A stretch of 64,000 nt of DNA, from assembly GCA_002269645.1 (NCBI GenBank), contig NIVC01000103.1, positions 679,393 through 743,392 of the forward strand, in the 5' to 3' direction. The position numbers and the translations under genes were made by a program. The stretch is from Macrostomum lignano. Its lineage: Eukaryota. The notes beneath the pieces are model-generated. The model made no database searches, had not been told where the DNA came from, and was given only the letters and a program-made list of their open reading frames with translations. The stretch's first letter is position 1; each line of letters begins with the position of its first letter. Positions 60,199-64,000 of the stretch are shown here, piece after piece.

Positions 60199-63006
60199 TC
60201 TGAAGTTATAGTTTTTATAGTAAAAAAGCGCCTTCAAAAGACAAATCTAAATACGTTTTTTCAGCAAACATTTTGCACCATTATTTTTATGTAATTTTAG
60301 CTGTATTTACTTCTTTATTAATTAATTCATTAGAAGTAGTGTTCCGTTATTGTTCCCCATGTTAAAAAGTAAGAACTTAATAAGTCTCTCAATAATTGCT
60401 AAAAATTTAAGTCGAAACTAAATAGAATTTAAGTATCAAACATAAATAACATCTAAAAGAATCTAGAATTTGTTGACACAAAACATATTTGAGTTAATCT
60501 GTGCCTATGCTATATATTGAAAGCAAGAGCTAGCTTTAAAAATACATAGAATCATAGATCATACATATATTGAAATTAGCCTTTAGGATAAATATCAACA
60601 ATCGCTCAGATCTCAACATTGGCTTTTTATGATAGATTACAGTCCCAAATCAGCACTTCTAAAAGCAATTATTTTTTAGTAAGATTTTTTAACTGAAAAA
60701 AGCAGAAATTCAAAGCTGTAATTCATCAGCTGACTTGAGAACTAGAGCTTTTTCTTTTTGTTTGGACTAAAATATGATTTACGGTTATTTCTGTTGTTTA
60801 AGCCTATCCAATGTTTTACTTTAACTGTCTCTCCACAGACTAGACTGTTTTAAATCATGGAAATTAGTGTAAAGCTTGTATTAAAAAGAAACTTTTATTG
60901 CGAAGTTAATTAAGACAAGTGTTTACTCTAGAGACATTTTAATTTTTATAATAAACATTTTTTTCTAATGCAAAAAGTATTTTAAAATCTTTCGCACAAA
61001 TCAGTTATAATTAATTGTATATTATTGTAACTACTTAGTACTTTTTGTTGAAACCTTTAGAAGCACTATAACAAAAAACTAATTTTTAAACGCAAAACAC
61101 CTACACGGAATTCTGCTGCATGTCGAGCGGCTGCTGCTCGTAAGATAGCTCTCCTTAACTTCGTCTCTCGGATCGCCTGCTGGGCCTACCTTTCTTCGGC
61201 TGGTGTGTTCTCTCCCGATTTCTAATCGTTGTTGCATAGATATTAAAGAACATTCTGATTTCTTAGCAGCTTCTGTTTGTGCATAAATGCACATCACATG
61301 CGCTGCAAACTGTTACTGTTTTTAACCTTTTATCTGGGGCCTATTATCTATTTAGATAGGCCTACTACTGCTAAATGCTACTGCTTACTTTAGTATTTAT
61401 GCAGCAGGCCTAATTAGTTTCTTCTAACTCTATATAAGGACAAAAAAGCAACATGTACCCCCGTCTGTAGGCCTACCTTAATTCAATTAATAATTGGTCA
61501 TTGACTGACTCTACTCTATGCCATGTATTGTAATAACAGTCTATGGTCTATGGACTAAAGTTCTGCAGGACTACAGCTATAGGCTCCTACAGCTAATATT
61601 CACCATTCACCTAGCATGTAGCCATTGGCTGTGAGTGACCTTTTTAAGAAGAGGCCTCTTTCTCACATAGGAGGCATGTAATCTACTAGGCCTAGGCCTA
61701 GTGCAGCAAATATAACAAATCTCATGTTGTGCCTTTAGTTTTAAAAAATGATGCACCTAAAATTTTTGCTTCTTGCAAATCATAGGTTGTGATTTAAGAT
61801 GTGATACTAAATATAAAACCCTATTAAAATAAGTATAGAAAACCTACAAACAAGCAATACAATGTCTAAAATTGTAGCCTAAAAATGCATTGTGACACAG
61901 AATATATTAGGGTTAGGCCTAACTTTTGCACCAAATACAGGTGTAGTACTAATTAGATAATGGGGCATTTAGCCTTAATAAGATAGTCATAGTTACATTT
62001 GCTTATTATTGCCATTTACCCTAAAATTGCACTACATACATTGCTATATTATCTACTTTTATTCTAGCCCCAATGCAACACCAAAAAATTCCAAAATTGC
62101 AATGGATGGGCAGATGCCTTTTGTCCACTTATTCCAATAAAGTGTATAAATGAAGCTTTGCTTTAATTGAGTTAAATAAATATCTTCAAGTCTTAATCAT
62201 ATCTTATAATGTATTATCAACAAAGTATTGAAGCTTAAAAATATAAAAAAATTAATATTATCCAACTGTTACACTATAGTCTATATTAAATCAATAAGAT
62301 CTGTCTGTCTCTGTCTAGTATTTCAGTTTACAGCCTGAGTGCCTTGATCCATTTTGCGGATGGTGGGATATACGCTGGAAAATTCCGGCATACACTTGAT
62401 TTCCGTGGCGTACACCAGCATACATTTCTTGGCTGTGTACAGTGTGGTGTATGGCAACTGGCGTAGAAATATATATAAAGATTTTTTTGTGCTTTTTCTG
62501 TGTTAAGTTATTTCAAAAACTATTTTCTCATTTACTAATCATTTTAATTACCGGAATTGTCACAACAATTGTCATGTTATCAATTTTTGTAGTTTAAATT
62601 TGAATTTAAATATTCGTTGATTTTTTTGACCATTTTTATTAAAAATGGCATACATTTAAAATCTGTTGGCATACCATTGAAAATTCAATAAAAATATGTC
62701 CGGCGTACACAGAAAACCTTTTGCAATATGGGCCTTGATCAATATGAAGTAATATATTAAAAGTTAATATAAAATCTATTTTATATTCCTAAATATTTTT
62801 TTAATATTGAATATACTTGAATTTTTTATAAAAGATATCAATTTCTTTATTATTTGTCTGATTTTATTATGTGTTAGTAAGACATATTTTTACTCAGGCA
62901 AATAATATTATTGAAATAGAATTTAAATCTAAAAAATTAATATAAAATCTCAATAGAGTCCTAATTTCTTAATTTTTTTAGAGGCAAGGGGGTTATATGC
63001 ACCCTG

Positions 63007-63200
63007 GTGCACTTTAAGCAACATAGGCACACAACCGGCGAGAGGCATTACTGCATATTCTGCCGACTAATTGCCATTAATTGCACAAGCAAAGCCAAGC
63101 CGAGATTCCAATTCAGCCTCAAATTAATGACTGCACTTGGAATCAAGCCTGGGTTGCTGGCATACCAGAGCAGCTGCGTTACTGCTGGGCTACAGCCCTC
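63007..63200 (-). mobile_element. tRNA-derived SINE, family 2, copy 2
   Basis: Reverse complement shares gccagc.acccaggct.gattccaagtgcagtc, tggaatctcggcttggct and gcctctcgcc.gttgtgtg with copy 1, but lacks a central block. Confidence 0.7.
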
Positions 63201-64000
63201 CTAATTGCCTGGTATTAAAAAGCATAAGAACCAAAAGCATATATACCCTTTCCTCTAGCCTAGAAATAGAATAATAAATATCTGTGATACAAATATTTTA
63301 ATAATATTTTTTTATTAATAATAGCATTACATTATAGTTCTTATTTATAGTCTATCAGTAGTATTAACATTTTTAATCTAAACAAATTTTGCACCTTAAT
63401 CTTCAAATCTTAGGCCTAGTTTGAAATAAAATGATAAATATTACTTGGAAACCTTATGACTATTAAAAAAACAGAATGTATTTTATTTGCTAATCTGATT
63501 AATATAAAAGTTAGAAGTGGCTATTAAAGATATTGTTTTCACTTTGTATTTGTATCTTATTATATTGATAAAAACATTTTCCTATGCAGATATCTTGGCT
63601 ATTTTTGTAGAAGACTAGTATAAAATTACCAAAAAGGTTTGTGCATTATTTAAAATATTGTTTTTTTCCATTTCCTAGGTTGAAAAGTAACATATGATGA
63701 CAAAAATTGGGACACCTTTTGATTTAAATTGATACTAACAACAAGTTAACTTTATCTGAATACATCTATATCTTTTTTGAAGCTATTGCTTATTTCAATA
63801 TTAAGTCAATAAACATTATTAAATTTATTTTTTCGCATTTCCAGATAAATATCCAATGAAGAAAATCTTGTCATCAATGATGATTATAATAAAGTGGTAA
63901 GTTCAATGACTCCAATTAATTATCATTGTTTAAAAAATTAACTTTTTGAATTAGTTATATAGATTTATTCTTACATGATGACAATATACTCTTGGGACAC

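Overview
Eukaryotic (animal) genomic DNA with GC-rich spliced exons in AT-rich, very minisatellite-rich introns and intergenic DNA. The style resembles the flatworm Macrostomum lignano, which is an inference only. Three protein-coding genes can be built by hand with consistent GT-AG phases: (1) the last coding exon of an M18 aspartyl aminopeptidase (DNPEP, + strand, 403-1323); (2) a 3-exon signal peptide-LRR-Ig-like-TM receptor of about 575 aa (- strand, 21047-18445); (3) an 11-exon HEATR4-like gene of about 1248 aa (- strand, 60198-44763). About 28 tandem arrays, nearly all with different units, cover roughly 30% of the window and explain most long ORFs in the supplied track. Mobile DNA includes a 1069-bp internally deleted P-element/THAP9-type transposon with 26-bp TIRs and an 8-bp TSD, a hAT-like MITE, two SINE families and a solo-LTR-like insert. 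The best second-look items are the P element, a minisatellite built from RFX X-box motifs in a HEATR4 intron, the LTR-like insert flanked by a ~220-bp duplication, and a fold-back hairpin inserted into a satellite. I found no prokaryotic-type systems, CRISPR arrays, rRNA genes or intact tRNA genes.
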